From contig JAYGCM010000083.1 of assembly GCA_046583355.1 (NCBI GenBank), positions 1 through 39,324 on the forward strand: 39,324 nucleotides of DNA. Direction: 5' to 3'. This DNA is from Deltaproteobacteria bacterium. Its GTDB lineage: Bacteria; Desulfobacterota; Binatia; UBA12015. Below, one piece after another: positions 27,166-36,827 of this stretch (positions are counted from its first letter, which is position 1; the number at the start of each line of letters is the position of its first letter). The notes under the pieces were generated by a model. That model saw only the letters and a program-made list of their open reading frames with translations. It ran no database searches and was not told the origin of the DNA. Both the position numbers and the translations under genes were made by a program.

Positions 27166-28949
27166 GAGGCGGCCTTTGCTGCTTCGGCGGCGCGGCGGCG
27201 ATCGACACGGTCTTTGCGCTCGAGAATCCGGTAGAAGCGTGTTTTGGCGACCGGCACGTAGCGGCGGTAAATTTCTTTGGTCAGCCAAGGCTCGTAGCCA
27301 TCCAGGCCACCGACTTTGAATTCGATGTAGCGGCGGTTGCTGAAAATCACGAAAGGCGTGTCTTTCTCGGCGAGTTCGCGCAGGAAGCGTTCTTCGTCGT
27401 CGCGAGTGGCGAGCCAGCCCGGTCCGATGCCTGTGTCGCGGGTCGGATGGGTCGCGTCCACCATGAAATTGATCAGCTGTTCTTCCGGGATGACTGCGAC
27501 GTATTGGCCGGGTTCCAGCTGCATGCGAAGGAAGTCAATCGTGCGCTTCATCGGCTTGCCATCGCGCGGCGTCGTGAAGATTGTGCCGCGGTCGAAAGTC
27601 AGCTCAAAAGTCCGGGCGCGGTAATCTCTGGCATGCACCGCGGTACCGGTCGCGATCCAAATGCCGAGTACGAAGGCCAGCGCGGCGGATCTATGTGCCG
27701 CGCGCGGTGCCAGAAAGGCGAAGGCCTGGCGCACGATCCAGATCACCAGGAAAGGTCCGAAGACCGCATAGAAGGCGGGCCAGGCGACGCGGAATTGCCA
27801 GCGCAAGGTGACCAGAAATGAAAAGAGCCCGAGGACGGCCAGCACGCGCCAGACTTTGTCGCCGGCCAATCGTTCGCGCAGTAGCAGCGCGGCCGCGCCC
27901 AGGCCGAGCCAGGCAATCGGTGTCCAGGTGAATTGGAATTGAACGTAGAGGCTGCGCTCCTCGTCGGGGCTGAGATGGCGGCTTACCAGATAGGTGATGG
28001 TCGCGGCGAGGATGAGGATGAAGACGCCGCCGGCCGTCTCGAAACCGCCGCGCCGCAGCCACCCAAGGCCGAGCGAAGCGATCGCCGCGGCGAGGGGGAA
28101 GAAGACGAGGTAGGTCAGTGCCGCCTTGCCGAATTCGGGCAGCAGCGGCGGAAAGAGGGAGGCGGTATAATTGTCGAGCACATCCGAGAACGACCGGATG
28201 CGGTAGATATTGTCGTAGAGGATGGTCTCGACAGGAACCGTGAGGGCAACCAGCCCGAAGGCGGCCAGTCCGAGCGCCAGGCCGGGCAAGCCGGCGCGGA
28301 GAAGATCCGCGGCGCGCCGCCGCAGGGCGGAAGCTGTATTTCCCGACGCGACGGGCCGCAGGACAAGCACGTAGAAGGCGAGGGTGCCAAACGCGGCGCC
28401 CCCGTATTCGAGCTTGGCCAGACCGGCGCCGCCCGTAAGCAGACTCGCCAGGATGAGGTTGCCATTCTCGGGCCGACCGACGTCGCGCAGGATCACGGCC
28501 ACCACGGCGGTAGCGAGCAGGCTCGCGAAGGTACCTGCGAAGACATTCGGCAGCACCCAATTGAAGAGTCCGGGTTGGAAGGCCAGCAGCAGCCAGAAGG
28601 CCGCCACGCCGACCGTGGTTTCCCGTTCGTCGAGGAAGCATCGACCGATTCGCCAGAGCAGGCAGGATTGCAGCAGAAGAAGGATCAGGCCGGTCGCGTA
28701 GACGACATTTAAATGCTTGCCAAAGACGGCCAGAATCGCGCCCATCGCGTACGGCGCCAGCGGTGGATAATGCACCTGAACATCGCGGTAGAGGACGGCC
28801 CCTTCGGAGATTTTCTCGGCCCGGTGCAAAGCGCCACCGGTATCGACGCGCACATGCCCCCAGCTGGCCCACGTCCATGCCGTCGTAGCGACGAAGAGCA
28901 GGGCCAGAAAGAGCAGCGAGGATCGCGATATGGAAGGTGATGCAGACAT
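27162..28949 (-). CDS. Multi-pass membrane protein, ArnT/GT39-like glycosyltransferase
   Basis: N-terminal TM then DTG...GAVLYRDVQVHYPPLAPY, many TMs, extracytoplasmic C-terminal domain. Confidence 0.7.
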   Translation of the reverse strand: MSASPSISRSSLLFLALLFVATTAWTWASWGHVRVDTGGALHRAEKISEGAVLYRDVQVHYPPLAPYAMGAILAVFGKHLNVVYATGLILLLLQSCLLWRIGRCFLDERETTVGVAAFWLLLAFQPGLFNWVLPNVFAGTFASLLATAVVAVILRDVGRPENGNLILASLLTGGAGLAKLEYGGAAFGTLAFYVLVLRPVASGNTASALRRRAADLLRAGLPGLALGLAAFGLVALTVPVETILYDNIYRIRSFSDVLDNYTASLFPPLLPEFGKAALTYLVFFPLAAAIASLGLGWLRRGGFETAGGVFILILAATITYLVSRHLSPDEERSLYVQFQFTWTPIAWLGLGAAALLLRERLAGDKVWRVLAVLGLFSFLVTLRWQFRVAWPAFYAVFGPFLVIWIVRQAFAFLAPRAAHRSAALAFVLGIWIATGTAVHARDYRARTFELTFDRGTIFTTPRDGKPMKRTIDFLRMQLEPGQYVAVIPEEQLINFMVDATHPTRDTGIGPGWLATRDDEERFLRELAEKDTPFVIFSNRRYIEFKVGGLDGYEPWLTKEIYRRYVPVAKTRFYRILERKDRVDRRRAAEAAKAAS

Positions 28950-28978
28950 CGTTTTACGTCAGTCGCGCGAGCGGCGGC

Positions 28979-31051
28979 TCAGTCCATATATCCCAGCGCC
29001 CGGAGTTTGTTCACGACGCCCTCGTCGAGGCGGCGCTCGTGGGGTGCGGTCTCGGCCGCCTCTTTCTCCATTCGGCGCGTCATCGCTGCGATCACGATCT
29101 CTCGATACGGCGTGATCCAGCGCGTTCCTTCGGCCGCCAGATGTGTGCCATCGAGGGCGGTGGTTTCGCCGGCATCGGCTTCGAGGTCGAAAACTTCGAA
29201 GGGTATTTTTTGATTGCCTTGGAAAATGAACTTCCGAGTGCCCGTGCGCGCGGCCCATTGCTGGCCGTGTTTGCCATAATTCTGTGCGTAGACGGCGCGT
29301 TGCTCGGCGAGTTGGCCGCCGTCGAGCAGCGGCACCAGCGATTGGCCCTCGGCATGCAGCGGCGGCAGGCCGGCCAGATCGAAGATGGTCGGGAGGATAT
29401 CGACCAGCGAGACCGGCGCCTCGATGCGGCTGCCGGCAGGGATACGGCCGGGGAATTGAATGCTCAGCGGGATATTCAGAACCTCGGCATAGAGGGTCTG
29501 GGCATGGCCAATTTCGCCATGTTCGCCGAACTCTTCGCCGTGGTCTGCCGTGATGATGAGAATGGTATTCTCGAGCAGGCCGCGCTCATCCAGGATGCGC
29601 AGCAGGCGCCCGACCTCTTCGTCCGTATAGAGAACCTCACCGGCATAACCGCGTTCGGCCCAGACCTTCTGTCTCTCAAAGGGGTCTTCGGGCAGCTGGC
29701 GATTTAGTGCCCGGCGGAAATGGTTGTGCCGCTTCGGCGGCGTGTAGGGAAAATGTACTTGATAGGTATGGAGAAAGAGAAAGAAGCGCTCTTCCCCGTG
29801 CGTATCGAGCCAGGCGAGGCCGTCGTCGAAAGTCTGGCGAATCGCACCGTCGGTGCTCCAGACATCGTCGCCCTTTTGCTCTTTGTAGGAGTCGAAGCCG
29901 CGCAGGAAGCCGGAGGTGGCGTTGAGCATCGCGTTCTCGGTTACGGCCGCCGTAGCAAAGCCAAGGGGGGCGAGTGCTTGCGCCATGGTGGGAATTTCCG
30001 GCGGCAGTTTTTTGCGCGCGTGGATGGTCTCGTGGGTCGCGGGGTAGACGCCGGTGAAGAGACTCATATGCGAGCCCGTCGTCGAGGGGTAGGTCGTCAT
30101 GGCATTGGTGAAGACAGCGCCGCGAGCGCGGAATTTGTCGAGGTTCGGGGTGAGCTGCCGGCCTTCCTTCGTCGCGCCGACGTAATCGGCGCGTAATGTA
30201 TCGAGGGAGATGAGGATCACGTTCGGCGGTCCGTCGGCGGGGCCCGGCGCGGTGACCGTTGGCGCGCCCCAGAGCGGGGCAGTGAAGGCCTCTTCGGCTG
30301 CTTGGGGGAGCAGGTTGCTGACGAAATGGAAGGCCACATTCTTGCCGGCGAACTCCGTGAGGTCGATGGCATGATCCTGCCATCGCGTGTCGGCCGGCAG
30401 GACCCTCGTGTCCAGCAAGATTTTCTCTTTATCCTTTGTCCGAGCGACGAGTTGCATCGAGACGCCCGAGGCGCCGACGGCGACCGCCAGCGGAACCAGG
30501 CCAACGCCGACCTGTAGCTGCGCGCCGCTGGGGATGGCGAGCGGCTGAGTGCGGAAATGCCGGTAGGCGGGGGGGAGAGGCCGCGCCCAGAGTTCCACGA
30601 GTTCGGGATTCTCGGCCTCGATCGTAGTCGTGAAGCTCGTCATGCCGTGCGTACCGAGTTCCGGTTCGAGGCGCTGCCAATCAAGCAGCCCCGCACCTTT
30701 GGCCGAGCGCTCGATGATGAATTGCTGGTCTTCCAGGAACTCGTCGACAGGTCCCGTGAGCTGCCGCACGCCGGCCTGGAGTGTCGGGGCCGCGCCGGAG
30801 TAGAGGGGGAATTGCGTCAGGCAGCCGAGCGCCGGGCGGATTTCGGAGCCGACCGCGCAGGTCAGGTCGTTTTGCGGCAGGCGACCGTGCACGAGCTTCT
30901 CGGTCAGCCGGTAGAGGGCAATGCGCCCGGCTGTCGGAGTCGCGGCGGATGGGGTTTCGCGCTCGTCGGACGCGGACGGATCGGGTGTCGGAGCGCAGGC
31001 TGGTGCGAGCAGGGAAAACGCAAGGGCAATACAAATTGGAAGTCTGAACAT
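28979..31051 (-). CDS. Sulfatase-fold (alkaline phosphatase superfamily) lipoprotein
   Basis: Lipobox LAPAC; NVILISLDTLRAD, STTGSHMSLFTG, FLHTYQVHFPY, TADHGEEF, C-terminal LRALGYMD. Confidence 0.88.
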   Translation of the reverse strand: MFRLPICIALAFSLLAPACAPTPDPSASDERETPSAATPTAGRIALYRLTEKLVHGRLPQNDLTCAVGSEIRPALGCLTQFPLYSGAAPTLQAGVRQLTGPVDEFLEDQQFIIERSAKGAGLLDWQRLEPELGTHGMTSFTTTIEAENPELVELWARPLPPAYRHFRTQPLAIPSGAQLQVGVGLVPLAVAVGASGVSMQLVARTKDKEKILLDTRVLPADTRWQDHAIDLTEFAGKNVAFHFVSNLLPQAAEEAFTAPLWGAPTVTAPGPADGPPNVILISLDTLRADYVGATKEGRQLTPNLDKFRARGAVFTNAMTTYPSTTGSHMSLFTGVYPATHETIHARKKLPPEIPTMAQALAPLGFATAAVTENAMLNATSGFLRGFDSYKEQKGDDVWSTDGAIRQTFDDGLAWLDTHGEERFFLFLHTYQVHFPYTPPKRHNHFRRALNRQLPEDPFERQKVWAERGYAGEVLYTDEEVGRLLRILDERGLLENTILIITADHGEEFGEHGEIGHAQTLYAEVLNIPLSIQFPGRIPAGSRIEAPVSLVDILPTIFDLAGLPPLHAEGQSLVPLLDGGQLAEQRAVYAQNYGKHGQQWAARTGTRKFIFQGNQKIPFEVFDLEADAGETTALDGTHLAAEGTRWITPYREIVIAAMTRRMEKEAAETAPHERRLDEGVVNKLRALGYMD

Positions 31052-31101
31052 CGGTGGTCTCTTCGCCTACTCCTCTTTGCGAGGCGGCGAAAATGTCTCT
31101 T

Positions 31102-32850
31102 TCATTTCGCGTCGGGCGCAAGTGTTTTCGGCGGTTTCCAGTTGCGCGGTGGCGGTGCAATCCCGCGTTCCTTGCGCTCGCGCACGACGAATTCAAGTAG
31201 CCAGCGGTTGCGTGCCAGCGTGTCGAGATGCTGCGGCGGTGCCTCGCCGGCGATCACTTGCCCGGCGACGCCGCGCAGTCGATGCTCGGCGGTCCATTCA
31301 TAGCCGCCGAGTACGGCGCGGACCTCGTCGCCCTGGGCCAGTGCGAGAGCGTTCTCGAGCGGTTCGAGTTTGCCATCTTGCTCGAAGCGAAAGGCGACCC
31401 CCCAGGCGATGCCGCGCACCATGATCAGGCGCGGCAGCAATTCCGGGATCACGCGGGTCTCGGCCAGCGCGCGGTCGAGAGTGCGTTCATATTTCCGATG
31501 CGAGAGCAGGCCCCAGACCTGGTAGCCGAAATCATTGGAGAGGGGCCGCTTGCGCGACATATCGCGCGTGGCACCGAATACGGTCGCGCCCGCTGACGAA
31601 AACAGGAGCAAGGCGATACAGCCGGCGGCCAGCATGCGTCGCGATACGAAAGCGCGGGCTGCGGATTCAGCGACCGGCAGCGAGAGAATGACCGCGCCGG
31701 GGAGGAAGAAGCGGTAGGAGACCGGACCTTCCTTGAACGCGATGACAAAGCTCGTGCCGAGGAAAACGCCGAGGAAGGCGACTCCGTAAATTGCATAAAC
31801 CAATTCGCGGCGGCGCAGCGTCGGGTTGCCGCGGATGAGGCGCGCGGCGAAGAGGATGAGTCCGAGTGCGAAGGGCAGTCCGTAGCCGAGTTGCAGAAAT
31901 CCCGCGAGAACGGGGGGGAGTGGCTCAAGCCAGGGCGTGACGAGGCCTTCCAGCCAATCTGTCGAGACCAGATTCCAAGCCTTCTGGCCTGCGCTCATCT
32001 CGATCCACGGGTCGATGGGCTCCAAGTAGCCGAACATCTCGAGGATGCGGTCGAGTCCGGGAAAACCGTATTGTAGATTGTATCCGAGCCAGGGTAGGAG
32101 GCCGAGCAGGGCGCCGCCGCAGGCCGCAGCGAACTCGCGCATGCGCGGCAATCCCGCCAAAACGAGCCAGGTGAGCCCGCATGCCCCGAGAGTGATGCCG
32201 GCGGTCGGGCAGAACCAGAGGCCGAGCCCGCCGACCAGACCGAAACCGAACCAGGTTCCCGGGGTGCGCCCCGCGGCGGTGAGCAGCCGGTGGAAGAGCA
32301 ACAACATGCCCAGCGAGAAGAGCAGCGACTCGCCGTGGCTGCCCATGACGACGAGTCCCCAATACGCAACCAGCGGCGGCCCTGCGATATAGGCAAGCGA
32401 GGCCAGGAGCGCCGTGCGCCGCCCATAGGCCTTGCGCCCGACGAGATAAAGAAGGGCCAGCGTACCCGTCGAACATGAGATGGCAGCCATCTTGTACGAA
32501 AGAGCGCTCACGCCGAAGATCCAGGTGAAGCCGGCAGCAAGCAGGGTGAGCACCAGCGAACCGCCCTGATAATGGTCGGCCTGATAGTCGAAAATCGGGC
32601 GCAGCGGGCCGCCGAGGATCTCGTGCACGACGACCCAGCGAAAATCTTCTTCCCAATAGACCGCCGCGGCGAGATTCGCCTCGACCCAAAGGATGCGGCT
32701 CGCGAGAAAGAACCCGAGCAGCACTGCCAGGCGGATGCCATCTTGCCGGTCGAGCCCGGGAAGGCTTCGAGGCAGGGAATTCTGCTGGAAAATGCTCACG
32801 GAATGAGGGGGGAAGGCGTCCACCGCAATGAGCGAAGGAAGCGGAGGCAT
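31102..32850 (-). CDS. ArnT/PMT (GT39/GT83)-like membrane glycosyltransferase
   Basis: YWEED acidic loop after TM1, YQGGS, about 11 TMs, YRFFLP. Confidence 0.72.
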   Translation of the reverse strand: MPPLPSLIAVDAFPPHSVSIFQQNSLPRSLPGLDRQDGIRLAVLLGFFLASRILWVEANLAAAVYWEEDFRWVVVHEILGGPLRPIFDYQADHYQGGSLVLTLLAAGFTWIFGVSALSYKMAAISCSTGTLALLYLVGRKAYGRRTALLASLAYIAGPPLVAYWGLVVMGSHGESLLFSLGMLLLFHRLLTAAGRTPGTWFGFGLVGGLGLWFCPTAGITLGACGLTWLVLAGLPRMREFAAACGGALLGLLPWLGYNLQYGFPGLDRILEMFGYLEPIDPWIEMSAGQKAWNLVSTDWLEGLVTPWLEPLPPVLAGFLQLGYGLPFALGLILFAARLIRGNPTLRRRELVYAIYGVAFLGVFLGTSFVIAFKEGPVSYRFFLPGAVILSLPVAESAARAFVSRRMLAAGCIALLLFSSAGATVFGATRDMSRKRPLSNDFGYQVWGLLSHRKYERTLDRALAETRVIPELLPRLIMVRGIAWGVAFRFEQDGKLEPLENALALAQGDEVRAVLGGYEWTAEHRLRGVAGQVIAGEAPPQHLDTLARNRWLLEFVVRERKERGIAPPPRNWKPPKTLAPDAK

Positions 32851-32932
32851 TCTTTACCTTCCTCGGCCTCTGCGCAAGATGTCTTGAATTCGTGGGGCGC
32901 TGCCCGATGCGGCTGGTTTTTCTGCTGAGTCT

Positions 32933-33508
32933 CTACTCGTCGCCCACGCGTTCCGTCTGAGAATCGAGGATGAAGTCCGCGGCGGCCGTGATATCGGCGA
33001 GCACGGCTTCGCAGGGCGTGTCGCCGAGTTTCAGGGCCTCTTCTTCGCCGTGGCCGGTGCGCAGCAGGATGCCGCGGCAGCCGGCAGCGGCGGCCGTGGC
33101 GACATCCTTCACATGGTCGCCGAGCATCCAGGAGCGGGCGAGGTCAGCGCCGTATTCGTCGCGTGCGCGAAAGAGTGAGGTGGGCAGGGGTTTGCGGCAT
33201 AGGCAATCCGTATCCGGTGCGTGCGGGCACATGAAGGTCGTGACGATCTCGATATCGGCCGCCTGGAGGTCGTCGAGCAGGCGGCCGTGGAAGATTTCGT
33301 AGTCCTCCAGGCCGAAGATGCCGCGGCCCAGGCCGCTTTGGTTGGTCACGATCGCAAAGCGGAAGCCGGCATCGCGCAGGCGGTGGAGCGATTCGATGGC
33401 ACCCGGAATCAGCGCATAATCTTCGAGTTTGTGGCCGTAATTCACCTCTTCGACCAGCGTGCCGTCACGGTCGAGGAAGACGAAGGGCGCAGGATCATGA
33501 GTGGGCAT
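32933..33508 (-). CDS. gmhB: D-glycero-D-manno-heptose-1,7-bisphosphate phosphatase (HAD IIIA)
   Basis: FLDRDGTL, VTNQSGLGRG, CPHAP..CLCRKP, MLGD; start ATG 33508. Confidence 0.9.
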   Translation of the reverse strand: MPTHDPAPFVFLDRDGTLVEEVNYGHKLEDYALIPGAIESLHRLRDAGFRFAIVTNQSGLGRGIFGLEDYEIFHGRLLDDLQAADIEIVTTFMCPHAPDTDCLCRKPLPTSLFRARDEYGADLARSWMLGDHVKDVATAAAAGCRGILLRTGHGEEEALKLGDTPCEAVLADITAAADFILDSQTERVGDE

Positions 33509-33515
33509 GTCTTTG

Positions 33516-33543
33516 TGAGTAGAGGCCCGGTCGAAAAGTGCAA
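33516..33543 (-). promoter_or_regulatory. Candidate leaderless promoter TTGCAC-N16-TACTCA, 7 nt before gmhB ATG
   Basis: Minus strand TTGCAC ttttcgaccgggcctc TACTCA caaagac ATG; no SD. Confidence 0.65.
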
Positions 33544-33630
33544 CGGTCGCGCCGCAAGTGGCGGCCGCATTTCCAGAGGCCCGGCCAGGCTCCACTTGCT
33601 GAGCAGGGGGCGTTCGGGTTGGTACGGGGC

Positions 33631-34539
33631 ATGTCGGAACAGCTTTCGCTTCCCCAGGGGCAGCCCGCGCCGCCGCTAAGCGGGGCCGAGCGCGTCCGCG
33701 CCCTGCTGAAAAAAGACCAGCCCATCATGATGGGCGGTTTCTACGACGGCGTCTCGGCGCGGCTCGTGAATCGCTCTGGTTTACCCCTGACCTTCATGGG
33801 CGGCTACGCGGTCGCCGCCTCGCTTCTGGGCGAGCCGGATATCGGGCTGCTCGGCCAGCACGAGATGGCCGATGCCGCCCGCCGGCTCTGCCGGCATGTC
33901 GAGGCGCCGGTCCTGGTCGATGCCGATACGGGTTATGGCGGGGTGCCCAATGCCGTTCGGACGGCCGAGCTCTACGCGCAGGCCGGCGCCGCAGGTCTGT
34001 TTCTGGAAGACCAGGCCTGGCCCAAGCGTTGCGGTCATATGCGCGATAAGGAGGTCGTGCCGCGTCAGGAGTGGCTGGCGAAATTGCGTGCCGTTCTTGC
34101 TCTGCGTCCGTCGACCGACCTTTTTGTGGTGGCGCGTACCGATGCGCGTGCGCCGCTGGGCCTCGAGGAGGCGATTCGCCGTGGGCGTGCGGCGCTCGAC
34201 CTCGGTGTGGATGCCGTCTTCGTCGAGGCACCGCGCTCGATCGCCGAGTTCGATGCCATCGCGATCGGCGTTCCCGGCCCGAAGATCGCCAATATGGTGG
34301 AGTTCGGCCAGACGCCGATTCTGACACCGCGTGAATTGCACCAGCGTGGCTTCGATCTGATCGTCTACCCGGTCGCGGCGATTCTCGCGCAGGCCAAGGC
34401 GGTTGAGGGAATCTACGAGACTCTTCTTATGGATGGCACGACCGAGAAGGTCGTCGAGTCGCTCTACGAGTTCAGCAACTTCAACGACCTGATGGGTTTG
34501 AGCGAGCACCGCCTCCGCGAGGCTGCCGCAAAGAAATAA
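33631..34539 (+). CDS. Isocitrate lyase/PEP mutase family (PrpB-like)
   Basis: DADTGYG, LEDQAWPKRCGH, ARTDA, ANMVEFGQTP; start ATG 33631. Confidence 0.9.
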   Translation: MSEQLSLPQGQPAPPLSGAERVRALLKKDQPIMMGGFYDGVSARLVNRSGLPLTFMGGYAVAASLLGEPDIGLLGQHEMADAARRLCRHVEAPVLVDADTGYGGVPNAVRTAELYAQAGAAGLFLEDQAWPKRCGHMRDKEVVPRQEWLAKLRAVLALRPSTDLFVVARTDARAPLGLEEAIRRGRAALDLGVDAVFVEAPRSIAEFDAIAIGVPGPKIANMVEFGQTPILTPRELHQRGFDLIVYPVAAILAQAKAVEGIYETLLMDGTTEKVVESLYEFSNFNDLMGLSEHRLREAAAKK

Positions 34540-34552
34540 CAAGCCGGCAAGG

Positions 34553-34587
34553 CTCGCTGCGTACTCCCAAGGGGAGTGCGCAGCGAG
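34553..34587. terminator. 16-bp hairpin between convergent genes (probable bidirectional terminator)
   Basis: CTCGCTGCGTACTCCC-AAG-GGGAGTGCGCAGCGAG, one G-U pair. Confidence 0.7.
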
Positions 34588-34596
34588 GCCCCGACT

Positions 34597-35010
34597 TCAG
34601 CGGCCCATCTTCAGGATGTGGTCATAAGCGCTTTTGTCCAGCGGCATCACGCTCAGGCGCGATTGCTTGACCAAGGGGATTTCGGCGAGTTCCGGGTCGG
34701 CCTTGATCGCTTGCAAGGTCACCGGGTGTTTGAGGCTTTTACGTGCGGCCAGGTCGACGACGACCCAGCGGTCGTCCTCGGTGGTCGGGTCGGGGTAATG
34801 CTCGCGCACGACCTCGCAGGTTCCGACCACCTCACAACCTTTGATCGAGTGGTAGTAGAGGACGAAATCGCCCTTCTTCATGGCTTTGAGGTTGTTGCGC
34901 GCCTGGTAGTTGCGCACACCGTCCCACATGGTCTCGCCGTCGATGACCAGCTGAGACCATGGGTAGGCGTGCGGCTCCTGCTTGACGAGCCAATACTGCT
35001 TTTTTGCCAC
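34597..35010 (-). CDS. EVE domain protein
   Basis: YWLVKQEP, WDGVRNYQARN, GDFVLYYHS, YPDPT, SRLSVMP; GTG 35010 overlaps the thiolase TAG. Confidence 0.93.
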   Translation of the reverse strand: MAKKQYWLVKQEPHAYPWSQLVIDGETMWDGVRNYQARNNLKAMKKGDFVLYYHSIKGCEVVGTCEVVREHYPDPTTEDDRWVVVDLAARKSLKHPVTLQAIKADPELAEIPLVKQSRLSVMPLDKSAYDHILKMGR

Positions 35011-36209
35011 TAAATGTTGGCTTCGAAGAGCCCAGCAGCGCCCATGCCGCCACCGACGCACATCGTCACGACGCCCCATTTTTTCTTGCGCCGGCGCAGC
35101 TCGAGAATCAGCGTGCCGACCATACGCGAGCCGGTCATGCCGTAGGGATGGCCAATCGAGATCGAGCCACCGTTGACGTTGTACTTCTCGGGGTCGATCT
35201 CAAGCTTGTCGCGGCAATAGGCGGCCTGCGAAGCAAACGCCTCGTTGAGTTCCCAGAGGTCGATATCATCGACCTTGAGGCCGTTGCGCTCAAGCAGCTT
35301 GGGGATCGCGTAGACCGGGCCGATGCCCATCTCGTCGGGCTCGCAGCCGGCAAAGACGCAGCCGCGGAAGAAGCCGAGGATCTCGATGCCGGCGGCCTGG
35401 GCCTTCTCGGCCGACATGATCAGCTGGGCCGCAGCGCCATCGGAGAATTGCGAAGAGTTGCCCGCGGTGACGGTGCCCTTTTCGGGGTCGAAGGCACCTT
35501 TGAGGCCGGCCAATGCTTCGCGCGTCGTTCCCGGACGGTTGCACTCATCGGTGTCGATGGTGACTTCCTTCTCCGTGACCTCGCCGGTCTCCTTGTTCTT
35601 GACCTGGGCGGTGACCGTGAGGGGGATCAGCTCATCGGCGATCTTGCCGGAGTCCTGGAAGGCGGCGGTACGCATCTGCGACTCGTAGGCCAGCTGGTCC
35701 TGCGTGTCGCGGGTGACGCCGTAGCGTTGGGCGACGTTCTCGGCCGTCAGCCCCATGGGCATGTAGACGTCCTTTTTATGGTCCAGAATCCAGGGGTTGA
35801 AGAGGTTCTTCTGGTTCAGGTCGTTCTGCAGCATGGTGATCGACTCGCAACCACCACCAATGACGGCTGTGGCGCCTTCGTTCTCGACCATATGGGCGGC
35901 GACGGCGACGGCGTTGAGGCCCGACGAGCAGAAGCGGCTGACGGTCGAACCCGGCACGGCCATCGGCAGGCCGGCCAGCACGGCGACGTTACGGCCGACA
36001 TTGAAGCCCTGGGGGCCTTCGGGAAAGCCGGTGCCGACGACGACATCGTCGATCTCGGCGGGGTCGAGCTGCGGCGTCTTCGCAACGACGTTCTCGACGC
36101 AGCGAGCCATCAAGTCGTCGGGGCGAGTCATGTTGAACGATCCCCGGAACGATTTTGCCAGACCCGTACGGGCTGTGGCCACGATTGCGGCTTCTTGCCT
36201 CTTTGCCAT
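35010..36209 (-). CDS. Acetyl-CoA C-acyltransferase (thiolase)
   Basis: RFCSSG, NEAFA, GHPYGMTG, MCVGGGMG; GGAGG SD before ATG 36209. Confidence 0.95.
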   Translation of the reverse strand: MAKRQEAAIVATARTGLAKSFRGSFNMTRPDDLMARCVENVVAKTPQLDPAEIDDVVVGTGFPEGPQGFNVGRNVAVLAGLPMAVPGSTVSRFCSSGLNAVAVAAHMVENEGATAVIGGGCESITMLQNDLNQKNLFNPWILDHKKDVYMPMGLTAENVAQRYGVTRDTQDQLAYESQMRTAAFQDSGKIADELIPLTVTAQVKNKETGEVTEKEVTIDTDECNRPGTTREALAGLKGAFDPEKGTVTAGNSSQFSDGAAAQLIMSAEKAQAAGIEILGFFRGCVFAGCEPDEMGIGPVYAIPKLLERNGLKVDDIDLWELNEAFASQAAYCRDKLEIDPEKYNVNGGSISIGHPYGMTGSRMVGTLILELRRRKKKWGVVTMCVGGGMGAAGLFEANI

Positions 36210-36341
36210 CAGAACCTCCGTTGCGCAGGGCGGTGCCGGGGAATCCGACACTGGCCATGCCAATTGATCCAAAGAGTTCGCAATTGAGGCGCTCGGATGC
36301 AACGTCGGGCACCGCCAGCACCTATGTTATGAGGGCAGCGC

Positions 36342-36827
36342 GTGTCCTCCGAGCTGCAACATCCCTTCATCCGTCCCGGTGGGCGGCCGAGCGTCTCGGT
36401 CATCATTCCCGGCGAGATTCTCATCGCCTCGTATCCGCGCGCGGTCGATGCGGGGTGGCTGCACGAGGAGCATGGCGTGCAGGCGGTGCTCTCCTTGCAG
36501 GATGATTGGGATCTGCTCGCCAAGAGTCTCGTCGGAGCCGATCTCGAAGCCGCGTATGCCGCCGCTGGAATCGATTTCCTGCGTATCCCGATCACCGACA
36601 ACGACCTCGCGGACGTCCGGCGCAATATCGACCGTGTGGTCAAACAGATGCACATCATGCGGGCGCGCGGCGATGCCGTGCTGGTGCATTGCAACGCGGG
36701 CTACAACCGCGCGCCGACCGTCGTCATTGCCTACCTGAACCGGCATTGTGGGATGGCCTTGCGGGAGGCCGAGGCCTTCGTGCGCCAGCGCCGTTCGTGC
36801 GCGCCCTATACCAGTGTCCTGGAATGA
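36342..36827 (+). CDS. Dual-specificity phosphatase (CX5R)
   Basis: VLVHCNAGYNRAP P-loop, PITD acid loop. Confidence 0.88.
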   Translation: MSSELQHPFIRPGGRPSVSVIIPGEILIASYPRAVDAGWLHEEHGVQAVLSLQDDWDLLAKSLVGADLEAAYAAAGIDFLRIPITDNDLADVRRNIDRVVKQMHIMRARGDAVLVHCNAGYNRAPTVVIAYLNRHCGMALREAEAFVRQRRSCAPYTSVLE

